64,000 bases of DNA. Origin: an uncultured bacterium. Its GTDB lineage: Bacteria > Patescibacteriota > Minisyncoccia > UBA6257 > 2-01-FULL-56-20. Position numbers and translations under genes: made by a program. The stretch spans positions 192,001 to 256,000 of the forward strand of contig CAWJQC010000007.1 in the NCBI GenBank assembly GCA_963844965.1, in the 5' to 3' direction. The notes under the pieces were generated by a model. It made no database searches, had not been told where the DNA came from, and saw only the letters and a program-made list of their open reading frames with translations. Positions 46,640-56,551 of the stretch are shown in pieces. The stretch's first letter is position 1, and each line of letters opens with the position of its first letter.

Positions 46640-47173
46640 TCAGGGTTTCCACTCTGGCGGAAATTTGTAAATGTCGTATGTCTCAAGGAGTACGCCGAAA
46701 GTCTCACTTTCTATACGGCGTTTTTCAAGTACGGCTTCAAAGACCAGTTCCAGCCCGGCTTTTTTATAGTAGGGCTGGTGACCGCGAGCGAGAACCCGGG
46801 CCACATCCAGGACTGTTTCCGGCGCAGATTGTCCCGCTAATTGTACGATGTCCGAAAATTGGTATGTTCGCCGACCGCCTACATCGCAGTGATTCACAAT
46901 AACGTACTCAATGCTGTAACTTATGCCGTCTCCATCCTGTCCCCATATGGGGTTGATCTTGAATTCTCGGAAAACAGGTCTGAGTGAAAGATTAAGATTG
47001 TCAAATGGCCGGACTGCTATGTATTTTACTTTGTCGGTAATCCAGCGGCGCAGAAGTTCGCTTTCGCTTACATTTCTTCGCGACGCTTCCGCGATTCTCT
47101 CCGAAGGATTGCCGATTTTCCTTGAGAGCCATGGTATCTCGGATAAGTATTCTCGTGCCTTTGACCACTTCAT
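46640..47173 (-). CDS. hypothetical protein
   Basis: 177-aa ORF; no domain recognised. Confidence 0.4.
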   Translation of the reverse strand: MKWSKAREYLSEIPWLSRKIGNPSERIAEASRRNVSESELLRRWITDKVKYIAVRPFDNLNLSLRPVFREFKINPIWGQDGDGISYSIEYVIVNHCDVGGRRTYQFSDIVQLAGQSAPETVLDVARVLARGHQPYYKKAGLELVFEAVLEKRRIESETFGVLLETYDIYKFPPEWKP

Positions 47174-47362
47174 ATTGCCTCCTCACCCTGTAGGATATTG
47201 GTTTGTGTGCAACTCCCCGTCAATCGCTCTATAAGGTCATGTCGGAGAGCTGGATAAAGTTTAGCGTCGGTATTCACTATGTGTCAAGCGAAAAATTATT
47301 GTTATGAGTCGCGCGGCAGGTACGGCATGCAAAATCAATATTGAAAACGTGTTAGAATATAA

Positions 47363-49159
47363 GTGGAGTATCTTCTGATGCGCAACAGGAATTTGCTTAA
47401 ATTTTATTCGCGGCGAGGCACGACTTTTATAGACTTGGCGATCGCCATGGGCATTATCGCCGTTCTTTTCAGCGCGATTTTCAGCGTGTATTTTTCCATT
47501 CTGACTTCCATAAACAACATCGGATTACGCACGTCGGCGACGCAGCTCTTGAGCCAGCAGATAGAAATTATTCGGAACCTGCCGTATGCCTCCGTGGGAA
47601 CGGTCGGCGGCGTACCAGCCGGCATTATTCCGCAGCAGCAGACCTTGTCCATAGGGAACAACAGCTTCGTTATCCAGGCCGATATCCGCAACATTGACGA
47701 TTCTTTTGACGGTACTCTCGGCGGAAATCCCAACGACACGGCGCCGAACGATTACAAACTCGTGACGCTTGTGGCCAGCTGTTCGTGGTGCGCGAATTTT
47801 TTCCCCCTCGCAATTACCACCACCGTTGCTCCAAAAAATCTTGAGTCAGCCGGATTGAGCGGTGATCTTTTCATCAATGTTCTGAATGCCTTCGGCATCG
47901 GCGTGCCGCTCGCGAATGTTCAGGTGACGAACGCATCCGTGACGCCGTCAATCAGTCTTACGGATACGACCAACGTAAGCGGAGTACTGCAGCTTGTGGG
48001 GGTCCCTACCAGTACGCAATCCTATCACATTGTTGTGACCAAGAGCGGTTATTCTTCCGATCAGACATATCCCTTGGGAGCGCCGTCAAACCCGCATCCT
48101 CTGAAGCCCGACGCCACAGTCGCGCAGCAACAGGTGACAAGCGTGACGTTTCTCATAGACAAGACGAGCGTTCTTAACGTTTCCACCGAAAACAATGTCT
48201 GCGTTCCCGTCCCCGCAGTTCATTTCTCCACTACAGGGTCAAGCACCATCGTTTCCAATCCGACCGTGTATAAATTTTCCACGAGCTCGGTGACGGGTGC
48301 CGGCGGAACGTTTTCTTTCCCGAGCTTGGGGTGGGATACGTACGCGTTATCGCTTTCCGAATCCTCGTACAATCTTCTGGGAACTATTCCGCTCGGCCCG
48401 CTTATAATCAATCCGAGCTCAACCGCGAGTTTCACTTTTGTGCTGCAATCGGCGGCTAACCCGTCGCTTCTCATCGGCGCGGTTGACGCCGTGACGGGAG
48501 CGGGATTGCAGAACGCCACGGTCACGATAACCACTACCGGTTTTTTGGCCGCGAGAACAACAGGACACGCGTTCGTTACACAGTCCAACTGGGCAGGAGG
48601 CCAATACACAAGTCAAAACGGCATCAATCCCAACACGTCGGGGACTCTGACTATGATGCAAAACGCTTCCGGAACTTACAGCACGACTACGACGGCTTGG
48701 CTTATTTCAAATACGATGGATTTGGGAAGTTCAAGTTCAACATTATATTCGTTTTCCTGGAATCCTCAGTCGCAACCGCCGAGTACTGGTCCGAATAGCG
48801 TGAAATTCCAGCTTGCTGCGAACAATGATCAGGCAACGTGGAATTTTATCGGTCCCGATGGAACTGCAGGTTCGTTCTACACCGCGTCGTCAACGCTGGG
48901 TGGCCGTTTTGACGGTAATCGTTACGTGCGCTACGAGGTGTACATGAGTACGCAGGACGCGAATACGTCTCCCAGCGTTACGAGCGCTTCACTTGAATTC
49001 AATGCCATCTGCGTCCCCCCCGCGCAGACGCTGTTCACTAATTTAAGTCAGGGAACGTACGTAGTTGACGTGACCGCGCCGAGCCATATTGAAACGACAA
49101 GCACCGTATCTGTCGGGTCAGGATTCAACCAGACGACCATTTCTCTTACTCACACATAA
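47363..49159 (+). CDS. large pilin-like protein (598 aa) with prepilin-type N-terminus and Ser/Thr-rich beta-rich body
   Basis: RGTTFIDLAIAMGIIAVLFSAIF hydrophobic N-terminus (Asp at +5); Thr/Ser/Val-rich repeats. Confidence 0.55.
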   Translation: MEYLLMRNRNLLKFYSRRGTTFIDLAIAMGIIAVLFSAIFSVYFSILTSINNIGLRTSATQLLSQQIEIIRNLPYASVGTVGGVPAGIIPQQQTLSIGNNSFVIQADIRNIDDSFDGTLGGNPNDTAPNDYKLVTLVASCSWCANFFPLAITTTVAPKNLESAGLSGDLFINVLNAFGIGVPLANVQVTNASVTPSISLTDTTNVSGVLQLVGVPTSTQSYHIVVTKSGYSSDQTYPLGAPSNPHPLKPDATVAQQQVTSVTFLIDKTSVLNVSTENNVCVPVPAVHFSTTGSSTIVSNPTVYKFSTSSVTGAGGTFSFPSLGWDTYALSLSESSYNLLGTIPLGPLIINPSSTASFTFVLQSAANPSLLIGAVDAVTGAGLQNATVTITTTGFLAARTTGHAFVTQSNWAGGQYTSQNGINPNTSGTLTMMQNASGTYSTTTTAWLISNTMDLGSSSSTLYSFSWNPQSQPPSTGPNSVKFQLAANNDQATWNFIGPDGTAGSFYTASSTLGGRFDGNRYVRYEVYMSTQDANTSPSVTSASLEFNAICVPPAQTLFTNLSQGTYVVDVTAPSHIETTSTVSVGSGFNQTTISLTHT

Positions 49160-49163
49160 TTTT

Positions 49164-49790
49164 ATGAAAGAAAATCTTTACATTCAGGCAACTTATGAAC
49201 AAAACGGCTTCGGGCTTATGGAGGTCATCATTGTCATCGCGCTGACCGGTCTCGTCGTGCTCGTTGTCACGAGCTTCAGCGGGAATTTGGGTGTGCTGCA
49301 GAATCTTGTTAGCCAGCAATTACAATCCCGCTCCGACATTGATGAGGCGATTCAGATAATGACGACGGAAATTCGTTCGGCGGGACCGTCGGGTCTCGGA
49401 GCGTATCCCGTAGATTCGGCGAGCACGAGCAGTTTCGCTTTCTACAGCGACATAAACAAGAATGGCACGTTTGAGCACGTGCGCTATTTTCTCGGAACGA
49501 GCACGATACAGAAAGGAGTTATAACGCCGCTGGGAAATCCGCTCGTGTACGCAACCTCAACGGAAGTCATAACCACAGCCGTGAACAACCTTACATATAC
49601 GAGCACGACTCCGCTGTTCGCGTATTATGGGCCCGCATACACCGGCTCGGGGCCGTCTCTCACTTCTACGGACGTGACTCAGGTGCGGATTGTCCAAATT
49701 ACTTTTTACGCGGACGTGAATCCGGGGAAAGCGCCCCAGCCGCTATTTTTCTCGGACACGGTGGATTTGAGGAATCTGAGAAGCAACTGA
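49164..49790 (+). CDS. type IV minor pilin / pseudopilin
   Basis: NG-FGLMEVIIVIALTGLVVLV prepilin signature with Glu at +5. Confidence 0.7.
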   Translation: MKENLYIQATYEQNGFGLMEVIIVIALTGLVVLVVTSFSGNLGVLQNLVSQQLQSRSDIDEAIQIMTTEIRSAGPSGLGAYPVDSASTSSFAFYSDINKNGTFEHVRYFLGTSTIQKGVITPLGNPLVYATSTEVITTAVNNLTYTSTTPLFAYYGPAYTGSGPSLTSTDVTQVRIVQITFYADVNPGKAPQPLFFSDTVDLRNLRSN

Positions 49791-49851
49791 AAAATTAGCG
49801 GGTGGTGGGTAGTAAGTAGTAGCAGGGGATAATCAAAAACTGGGAACTGAA

Positions 49852-51282
49852 ATGAGAATAAAGAAAAATAATAAGGGCCAATTATCCGTGGAGCTTATAC
49901 TTTTCTCCGCCGTAGCGGTGATTTTGATAAGCGGATTCGTTTCGCTCGCGGCGTCTTTTGTCCAGCTTTCCGTGCGCAATCTCAATAAACTGCAGGCGTT
50001 TTCCATCGCTGAATCCGGTATTGAATACTACAGGTGGCACCTGGCGCACGCGCCGACCGATTATCAGGACGGGACGGGGCACGCTGGACCGTATGTTCAC
50101 AATTATTACGATAAGAACGGCGTGCTTATCGGAGCGTTTACCCTGACCATTACTCCGCCTCCAGCCGGTTCAACGGTCGTGACGATCCAGAGCGCCGGAT
50201 CCATACTCGCAGATCCATCCATCAATAAGATTATCAGCGTGAAGATGGGTGTTCCCTCGTTCGCGCAGTACGCGTGGGTTCTGAACGACAACGTTTTTTT
50301 CGGCAGCACGGCGCAGGTGTACGGAACCATCCAGTCGAACGCCGGCATTCACTTTGACGGAGTCGCCCACAATCTCGTTTCAAGCGCGCTTACGACATAC
50401 ACCGATCCGGACAGCGGACTCAACGAATGGGCGGTTTACACGGATGGGCCTCCCGCCGATTCGCAGCCGCCGACGGCGATGGCCAACGCCTCAAACACTT
50501 TTTTGGCGGGGCGCGCGGTGGGGGTGCCGATGGTTGATTTCACGGCTATCACGCAAAACCTTTCCAACATAAAGGCAGCCGCGCAGGCGAGCGGCACTTA
50601 TTTCGGAAGCTCAACCGTTCAGGGATGGAACCTCCAATTGGCAACGAGCGGTGTTTACAGCGTGTATAAGGTTACTTCTTTGGTTTCCACCCCGAGCAGG
50701 TGCACGAATGATTTGAGTCAGACGAATTGGGGATTGTGGAGCGTTGGGTCGTCAACCTTGTACGCGACAGGCACTATACCCGCTAACGGTCAGATGTTTT
50801 TTGAAGATAACCTCTGGGTACAGGGGCAAATCAACAACAAACGGCTGACGATCGGCTCCGCGCGGTTTCCGGACAACGCAAGCACGCGCTCAAGCATCAC
50901 CGTCAATCACAATCTTCTTTACACGAATTTCAACGGCAGCGATACCATATCGCTTATCGCCCAAAACAACATCAATGTCGGTCTTATGAGCGACGATAAC
51001 CTTTACATTGACGGGGCGCTAATTGCGCAAAACGGCTGGGTGGGGCGTTATTACTATAATTCCAACTGCGGCACCACGCAGCTGCGCACGTCGCTCAACA
51101 CGCTGGGCATGTTGGGGACCAGCATCAGATCGGCGTTTTATTATTCCGGCTACGGCGGAGGCGATAGCGGATATCAGACAAGAATTTACACTTACGATTC
51201 AAACTTGCTGTACGCGCCGCCGCCAGGGTTTCCGCTTACAACGGCGCAGTATACGCCGATTTCCTGGACGGAGGTACAATAA
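49852..51282 (+). CDS. large minor pilin (PilX/PilW-like, 476 aa)
   Basis: KG-QLSVELILFSAVAVILISGF prepilin N-terminus with Glu at +5. Confidence 0.65.
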   Translation: MRIKKNNKGQLSVELILFSAVAVILISGFVSLAASFVQLSVRNLNKLQAFSIAESGIEYYRWHLAHAPTDYQDGTGHAGPYVHNYYDKNGVLIGAFTLTITPPPAGSTVVTIQSAGSILADPSINKIISVKMGVPSFAQYAWVLNDNVFFGSTAQVYGTIQSNAGIHFDGVAHNLVSSALTTYTDPDSGLNEWAVYTDGPPADSQPPTAMANASNTFLAGRAVGVPMVDFTAITQNLSNIKAAAQASGTYFGSSTVQGWNLQLATSGVYSVYKVTSLVSTPSRCTNDLSQTNWGLWSVGSSTLYATGTIPANGQMFFEDNLWVQGQINNKRLTIGSARFPDNASTRSSITVNHNLLYTNFNGSDTISLIAQNNINVGLMSDDNLYIDGALIAQNGWVGRYYYNSNCGTTQLRTSLNTLGMLGTSIRSAFYYSGYGGGDSGYQTRIYTYDSNLLYAPPPGFPLTTAQYTPISWTEVQ

Positions 51283-51321
51283 TTTATCAATTATAATAAA
51301 ATAATATTAATCGGTTTGCCG

Positions 51322-51352
51322 GTTAACGAGTTAACTCGTTAACGCGTTAATC
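51322..51352. repeat. TTAACG/CGTTAA palindrome (9-bp stem gttaacgag/ctcgttaac plus extra half-sites)
   Basis: ggttaacgagttaactcgttaacgcgttaat between minor and major pilin genes; same hexamer as the 14886-14950 array. Confidence 0.6.
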
Positions 51353-51383
51353 CCCCAGCCATTAATTTTAATAATTAAATAAT

Positions 51384-51845
51384 ATGATTGGAAATAACCG
51401 AAACGGAATGACGCTTGTGGAAATTGTTATTACCATGGCACTTTTGGCGATCGTCCTTGGCGTCAGCGTTGTGGTCATGAATCCAGCGGGCCAGCTCGCG
51501 AGTTCGCGCAACAGCAAGAGAACGTTGGATTTGCAGACGATCATGAACGGTATCCGCGCTAACATTGCCGACCAGTCGGGACAGACGTTTTCCTGCGCCG
51601 CCGGTCCGGTGCCGACGTCCACGAAACGAATGGCGCCCGGCACCGGAAACTACGACATAGCATCATGCCTTGTGCCCACATATCTTTTGGCTCTGCCGTT
51701 TGACCCCTCCACCTCGAGCGCGCACTATACCTCAAACAGCAATTACGATACTGGATATTACATAATGCAGAATTCCTCCACGGGTCAGATCACCTTGACC
51801 GCGCCGGCGGCGGAACTCCAGAAAACGATTTCAATAACGCGATAG
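51384..51845 (+). CDS. type IV (major) pilin
   Basis: NG-MTLVEIVITMALLAIVLGV canonical class III signal; 153 aa. Confidence 0.8.
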   Translation: MIGNNRNGMTLVEIVITMALLAIVLGVSVVVMNPAGQLASSRNSKRTLDLQTIMNGIRANIADQSGQTFSCAAGPVPTSTKRMAPGTGNYDIASCLVPTYLLALPFDPSTSSAHYTSNSNYDTGYYIMQNSSTGQITLTAPAAELQKTISITR

Positions 51846-51955
51846 AAAAGCGCACATCATGTATCACATAGCATATAGCACGAGGTACGCATCACGAAGC
51901 GTGATAACAAAACAGGAAACGCGTGCTTCATGCTACGTGTTATGTGTTTCGTGGT

Positions 51956-52630
51956 TCATTGTCCGAGCGCGGGCAGGTATTCCGGTCCATAGGTGGCGGT
52001 AATGTCGCCGTCCGCGTCGTAGACATCCATCTTATAGTAGTATGGATCGTATAGCGTTTGGTCCAGGATTTTTATGGAGTAGGGACCGCCTGACGGCGGA
52101 TTTTCTTGCGTAAGCACCGCTAGCCACGGTCCGTTTTGGTCAGCCGAGCGCGAAACCACGAATTTCTCCGTTCCCAAGGGAAGGTTCTGCCAACCGATGT
52201 CAATATTGTTATCCATATGGTCTACCCAAAAATTCTCAGTTTGCGGCTGGCCGTAGCCCGAAATGCCGCCTTGCGGATTGTAATAGGGAATTCCGGACGG
52301 CTTTGGCGTAGGCGTCGGCGTCTGAGTTGGCGTCGTTGATGTCGGCGTTGGGGATGGCGATTGGCTTGGGGTGCCCGTGCTTTGCGTCGTTGATGATGGC
52401 TGCGTACTTGGAGGCGTCGTTGGCGGAGGAGTGTTGGTTCCCGTGGTCGGCGTCGGTGCCGTGGTAGATGGCGTGGATGTTGAAATTACCGTCGGCGTTA
52501 TGGGCGATGTCCAGAGAACGGTTTCTTCGGACGGTCCGCCGGTTTCGGTGCTTGAACCGGTGCCGGCGCCGTTATTTGTTCCGCTTGTGCCACTAGCAAC
52601 TGCCTCCACGTAATAAACGTACGTCTCCAT
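51956..52630 (-). CDS. Thr/Pro-rich secreted protein C-terminal part; probably the 3' portion of one gene with 52801-53094, disrupted by frameshifts
   Basis: TPTPTT low-complexity linker plus globular C-terminus. A Gly-rich coding segment (52635-52800) is readable only in a third frame. Confidence 0.5.
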   Translation of the reverse strand: METYVYYVEAVASGTSGTNNGAGTGSSTETGGPSEETVLWTSPITPTVISTSTPSTTAPTPTTGTNTPPPTTPPSTQPSSTTQSTGTPSQSPSPTPTSTTPTQTPTPTPKPSGIPYYNPQGGISGYGQPQTENFWVDHMDNNIDIGWQNLPLGTEKFVVSRSADQNGPWLAVLTQENPPSGGPYSIKILDQTLYDPYYYKMDVYDADGDITATYGPEYLPALGQ

Positions 52631-52800
52631 TCCCCTCGCTTGTTTTGCCGAGTGAGATGGAAAAATTCCCGCTTTCTATGTCGCCTGAGAATATTCCGCC
52701 ATCTATGTTAATTCCGCCAGCCGTTCCTGCGCCGGTCGCGCCACCACCTCCCGTGCCCCCGCTGATTCCGCCGCCTTTACCAGAAACAATATCTTGCAGG

Positions 52801-53094
52801 TTAACGGTTTTCCAGAGCTCCCACTGCGTTGTCCCGGCCTTCGCGCGGTAGAATATTTATGCGTGCGGTGTTCGCCGGTATATTATCCCAGCGCATGATC
52901 AGGACATCCTCACCGCCGCTCCGCTGAATTTCTACGGTCAGTTTCGGTTCGTTGGGCTTGGCAACGGGCGTGACAGTTTCTTGGCGAAAAATCGTGAAAA
53001 TATCCTGTCCGGTGATTCTGTAGTATATGAAAGTAACGCTCGCAAGCCCGACGACAAAAAGGATGGCGAAGTAAATTTTGCTTTTTACTGTCAC
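52801..53094 (-). CDS. membrane-anchored N-terminal part of the Thr/Pro-rich protein
   Basis: N-terminal TM helix; ORF terminates where a different frame continues coding-like sequence. Confidence 0.45.
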   Translation of the reverse strand: MTVKSKIYFAILFVVGLASVTFIYYRITGQDIFTIFRQETVTPVAKPNEPKLTVEIQRSGGEDVLIMRWDNIPANTARINILPREGRDNAVGALENR

Positions 53095-53172
53095 GCATTT
53101 ATTTTAACACAAAAAGCGTGCCATAGTGATTTTATGACCGCAACCCAGGACAATATCTCTTCGTTTCTGTTT

Positions 53173-54334
53173 CTATTTTCTGGATTCCAGGTTCTCTATC
53201 AGCGCGATTTCCAAGGGTACAACCGCGAATGGGCTGTAGCGCATTTCGGAGTAGGCGCGGATGAGGGACTGGAGAAGTTTTACGGCGGATGCCGGTTCAA
53301 TAAGCGTGCCGAGTTGTTTGACTCTTTCTATCTCTTCGCCGGTCAACTCGCCGCGGAGCGCGGTTTCCGTGGCCGGACTTATCTTCAGCGCCAGAATTTT
53401 CCTTACATAATGGATTAGGTCTTTCGTGAATTGGGTCAAATTTTGCCCTTCTTCGTTAAGTTCCGCGAGATAGTTGATGCTTCCTTTGAGGTCTTTTTTT
53501 AAAATTAATTCCGCCAGCCCATCCACTTTTTTGAGGCCGACGCGGCCGGTGATTTCTTTCGGCCGCTGCCAGATCAATCCCGACGTGTTTTGCGGTCGGG
53601 ACTCCGACCCCGCCAGTGGCGGGCGTCGGAGTTTCCAATGAACTTATCTGGTCTAAGAGCGATTCGGCGTCGCGGAAACTTCCTTCCGCGGCGGCTGCGA
53701 TGAGCTCAAGCGCCGGTTTGTCAATCTGAATTTTTTCCGCTTTCGCCATCATCGCCAGTTTTTCCATGATCTTCGTTTTCGGAAGTTTTTTAAAGAGGAA
53801 ACGCTGAGTGCGCGAAACAATGGTCGCGGGCAATTTTTCGTATTCGGTCGTCGCGAGTACGAGAACGGCGTGCGCAGGCGGCTCTTCCAGGGTTTTGAGG
53901 AGCGCGTTAAAAGCGGGCGTCGTGAGCATGTGTACCTCGTCTATGATGTAAACTTTGTATTCGCCGGACGCCGGAGAGGTTCTGATGCTGTCTTTGAGGT
54001 TGCGGATCTCGTCAATGCCGCGGTTGGAGGCGGCGTCTATTTCAATGACGTCAAAAGAATTCTGCGCGTCAATTTCTTTGCAATGGCGGCATTCATTACA
54101 TGGTTCGCCAAGCTTTCGGAATTCGGCGTCGTCGCGGCGCTTCTCGCAGTTTAATAGCTTGGCGATGAGCCGCGCAGTCGTGGTTTTTCCGGTCCCACGC
54201 GAGCCGTAAAACAAATAGGCGTGGCCAAGCCGCCCCGCCTTTGCGGCGTTCTTCAGAATTTGCGCGTTCGTTTCCTGCCCAAAAGCTCGTCAAGTCTCTT
54301 TGGGTCGGTATTTGCGATAGAGGGCGAGTGCCAT
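53173..54334 (-). CDS. dnaX: DNA polymerase III subunit gamma/tau, carrying several frameshifts (likely assembly indels)
   Basis: MALALYRKYRPK start at 54334. Walker A GSRGTGKTTTARL, zinc module CNECRHCKEID, SRT box IVSRTQRF. An extra G and a missing C 20 nt apart near 54275-54304, plus another shift between ORFs 53456-54214 and 53173-53577. Confidence 0.8.
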
Positions 54335-54418
54335 CTCCTAAATTATAAATGAAATATCCGTAGAAAACAAAGGTCGTAGAAGTTGCCAAACGCAGTCAAA
54401 TTTTTTAAAATTATATCG

Positions 54419-55798
54419 ATGAAATTGATTTTATTGTGCGGTGCAATAATAACGGTTTTAGTCGCCGCCGTTTTTTTATTTTTGCCCTCGGATGAAGTGA
54501 TTGTTGTTGGCAACGGCGCAACCACCGGCTCGGCGATTGCGACAAGCACCGCCGTATCCTCAACCCTGCTTTCCGTGCCGGAGGCGCCGACTTCATCGCA
54601 AGCGGCCTTGAGTTATGCGACAAATTCCGCCTCGGCATCGTTTTCCGACATAGGGCCGCAGCAGCCGCTCGTGAATCCACCGACAGTCATGAAGGGTGTG
54701 TATATGACCGAATCGTCCGCGGGCTACGCTCCGAAAGTCAACTATATAATTGACTTGGCCAATAAGACCGAAATCAACGCTGTGGTCATAGATATAAAGG
54801 ATTACTCCGGTTATGTTTCCTATCGCACAACCGTTCCGGCGACAAAGGAAACTGGAGCCGAGGGAGAGATAAGAATCGCCCAACCGAACGCTCTGCTTAA
54901 AAAATTTCACGACGCGGGAATTTACGTTGTCGGAAGGATTACCGTGATGCAGGACCCTGTGCTGGCTAAAGCCCATCCGGAGTGGGCGCTTATAAACAAA
55001 ACAACAGGCAAGACATGGACTGATAATAATGGACTTGCCTGGATGGACCCTGCGGCGGAACCGGTTTGGGAATACAACGCGGCAATTGCCAATGACGCCA
55101 TCGCGCGCGGATTTGACGAGGTGCAGTTTGACTATGTTCGTTTCGCCTCCGATGGCGACCTCACGAATATCGGATATCCATACTGGGACGGGAAAACGGC
55201 CAAGCACACGGTTATAAAAAATTTCTTCGCATATCTGCGGGGGAATTTACCGGAAGCTAAACTTTCCGCCGACGTCTTCGGACTTACGACGGTTGACACT
55301 GACGACTTGGGCATCGGCCAGGTTATTGAAGATGCCTACAAATATTTTGATTACGTGTCGCCGATGGTGTATCCTTCCCACTATGCCCCCGGGTTTTTGG
55401 GCTATGCGAATCCGGCGAAATATCCATACGAGGTTATAAAATATTCAATGGACCATGCGCTCGCGCGGCTCAAGGCCGGTGAAGAGGTTACAGAAAACGT
55501 TTCTTCGACTTCGGCAACGTCCACGGCCACGGTTACGGTCAATGTGCCGTACCGGGCCAAGCTTCGTCCTTGGCTTCAGGATTTTGATTTGGGCGCGACC
55601 TACGACGCCACGATGGTGAAAAAAGAAATGCAAGCGACCTACGATGCTTTGCTGAATTTCATATCTACGCCACCCTCGATGATAACCGCAACTTCAACGC
55701 TTATAGAAGCTCCCGGCTCTTCGAATGCAGATTACGGCGGCTGGCTCCTCTGGGACCCGGCGAATATTTATACGGAAGGAGCGCTAAATAGTAAATAG
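54419..55798 (+). CDS. membrane-anchored putative glycoside hydrolase-like protein (DUF4015/GHL-type)
   Basis: N-terminal TM; (beta/alpha)8-like segment with conserved acidic residues; assignment tentative. Confidence 0.4.
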   Translation: MKLILLCGAIITVLVAAVFLFLPSDEVIVVGNGATTGSAIATSTAVSSTLLSVPEAPTSSQAALSYATNSASASFSDIGPQQPLVNPPTVMKGVYMTESSAGYAPKVNYIIDLANKTEINAVVIDIKDYSGYVSYRTTVPATKETGAEGEIRIAQPNALLKKFHDAGIYVVGRITVMQDPVLAKAHPEWALINKTTGKTWTDNNGLAWMDPAAEPVWEYNAAIANDAIARGFDEVQFDYVRFASDGDLTNIGYPYWDGKTAKHTVIKNFFAYLRGNLPEAKLSADVFGLTTVDTDDLGIGQVIEDAYKYFDYVSPMVYPSHYAPGFLGYANPAKYPYEVIKYSMDHALARLKAGEEVTENVSSTSATSTATVTVNVPYRAKLRPWLQDFDLGATYDATMVKKEMQATYDALLNFISTPPSMITATSTLIEAPGSSNADYGGWLLWDPANIYTEGALNSK

Positions 55799-55815
55799 GT
55801 ATAGCCAATATCAAA

Positions 55816-56550
55816 ATGGTTTACGAACTAAAAACCGAAAAGTTTTCCGGCCCGCTGGAAAAACTTCTTGAGCTTATTGAGGCCAAACAGCTTACCATCA
55901 ACGAAATCAGCTTGGCCGAAGTTACGGAAGATTTTTTGAAGTATCTTGAAGCGCTTACGGACGCCGATATGCGCCTTGTGGCCGACTTTATTGCGGTCGC
56001 GAGCCGGCTTGTTCTCATCAAGTCAAAGTCGCTCTTGCCGGACCTCAGTTTAACGAGCGATGAGGAGTCGGACATCAAGGACCTGGAGAAACGCCTTAAA
56101 ATTTATCAGGAGCTGAAGCCGGTGATGAAAATGCTCGATACTCTTTGGAAAAAGGCGGGGCGCGAATTCAGCCGGCCGTATTTTTTGGAACAGGGCGCGC
56201 CGCTCGCGGGCGGCGCCAAGGTGTTTTATCCGGGCGAAGGCCTGGAAATTCAGGCGCTTTTCGGGGCACTTCACAAGATTTTTGAAAGTTTCGTGAATCT
56301 GGAGCTGGAAACCAAATCCATCAAGGAAAAAATCGTCACCATAGAGGAAAAAATAGCCGAAGTCGTTGAACGGCTGGCAAAGGAAGGCGAGTCAACATTC
56401 AAAAATCTTTCTTCGGCGAAATCGCGCTCGGAAGTCATCATAATTTTTCTCGCGATACTACATCTTGCCCGCGAGCGGCTCATCGCACTCGAGCAATCCG
56501 AAAGATTTTCTGATATAATAATCAAGCGACAAGCGGCAGGTAACAAGTGA
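55816..56550 (+). CDS. scpA: segregation and condensation protein A
   Basis: LEKLLELIEAKQLTINEISLAEVTEDFLKYL N-terminal ScpA signature. Confidence 0.8.
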   Translation: MVYELKTEKFSGPLEKLLELIEAKQLTINEISLAEVTEDFLKYLEALTDADMRLVADFIAVASRLVLIKSKSLLPDLSLTSDEESDIKDLEKRLKIYQELKPVMKMLDTLWKKAGREFSRPYFLEQGAPLAGGAKVFYPGEGLEIQALFGALHKIFESFVNLELETKSIKEKIVTIEEKIAEVVERLAKEGESTFKNLSSAKSRSEVIIIFLAILHLARERLIALEQSERFSDIIIKRQAAGNK

Positions 56551-56551
56551 C

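Noticed and set aside
52645-52851. Pro-rich plus-strand ORF (MPSEMEKF...PPPVPP).
   Set aside because: It is the reverse strand of the Gly-rich coding segment of the minus-strand surface-protein gene.
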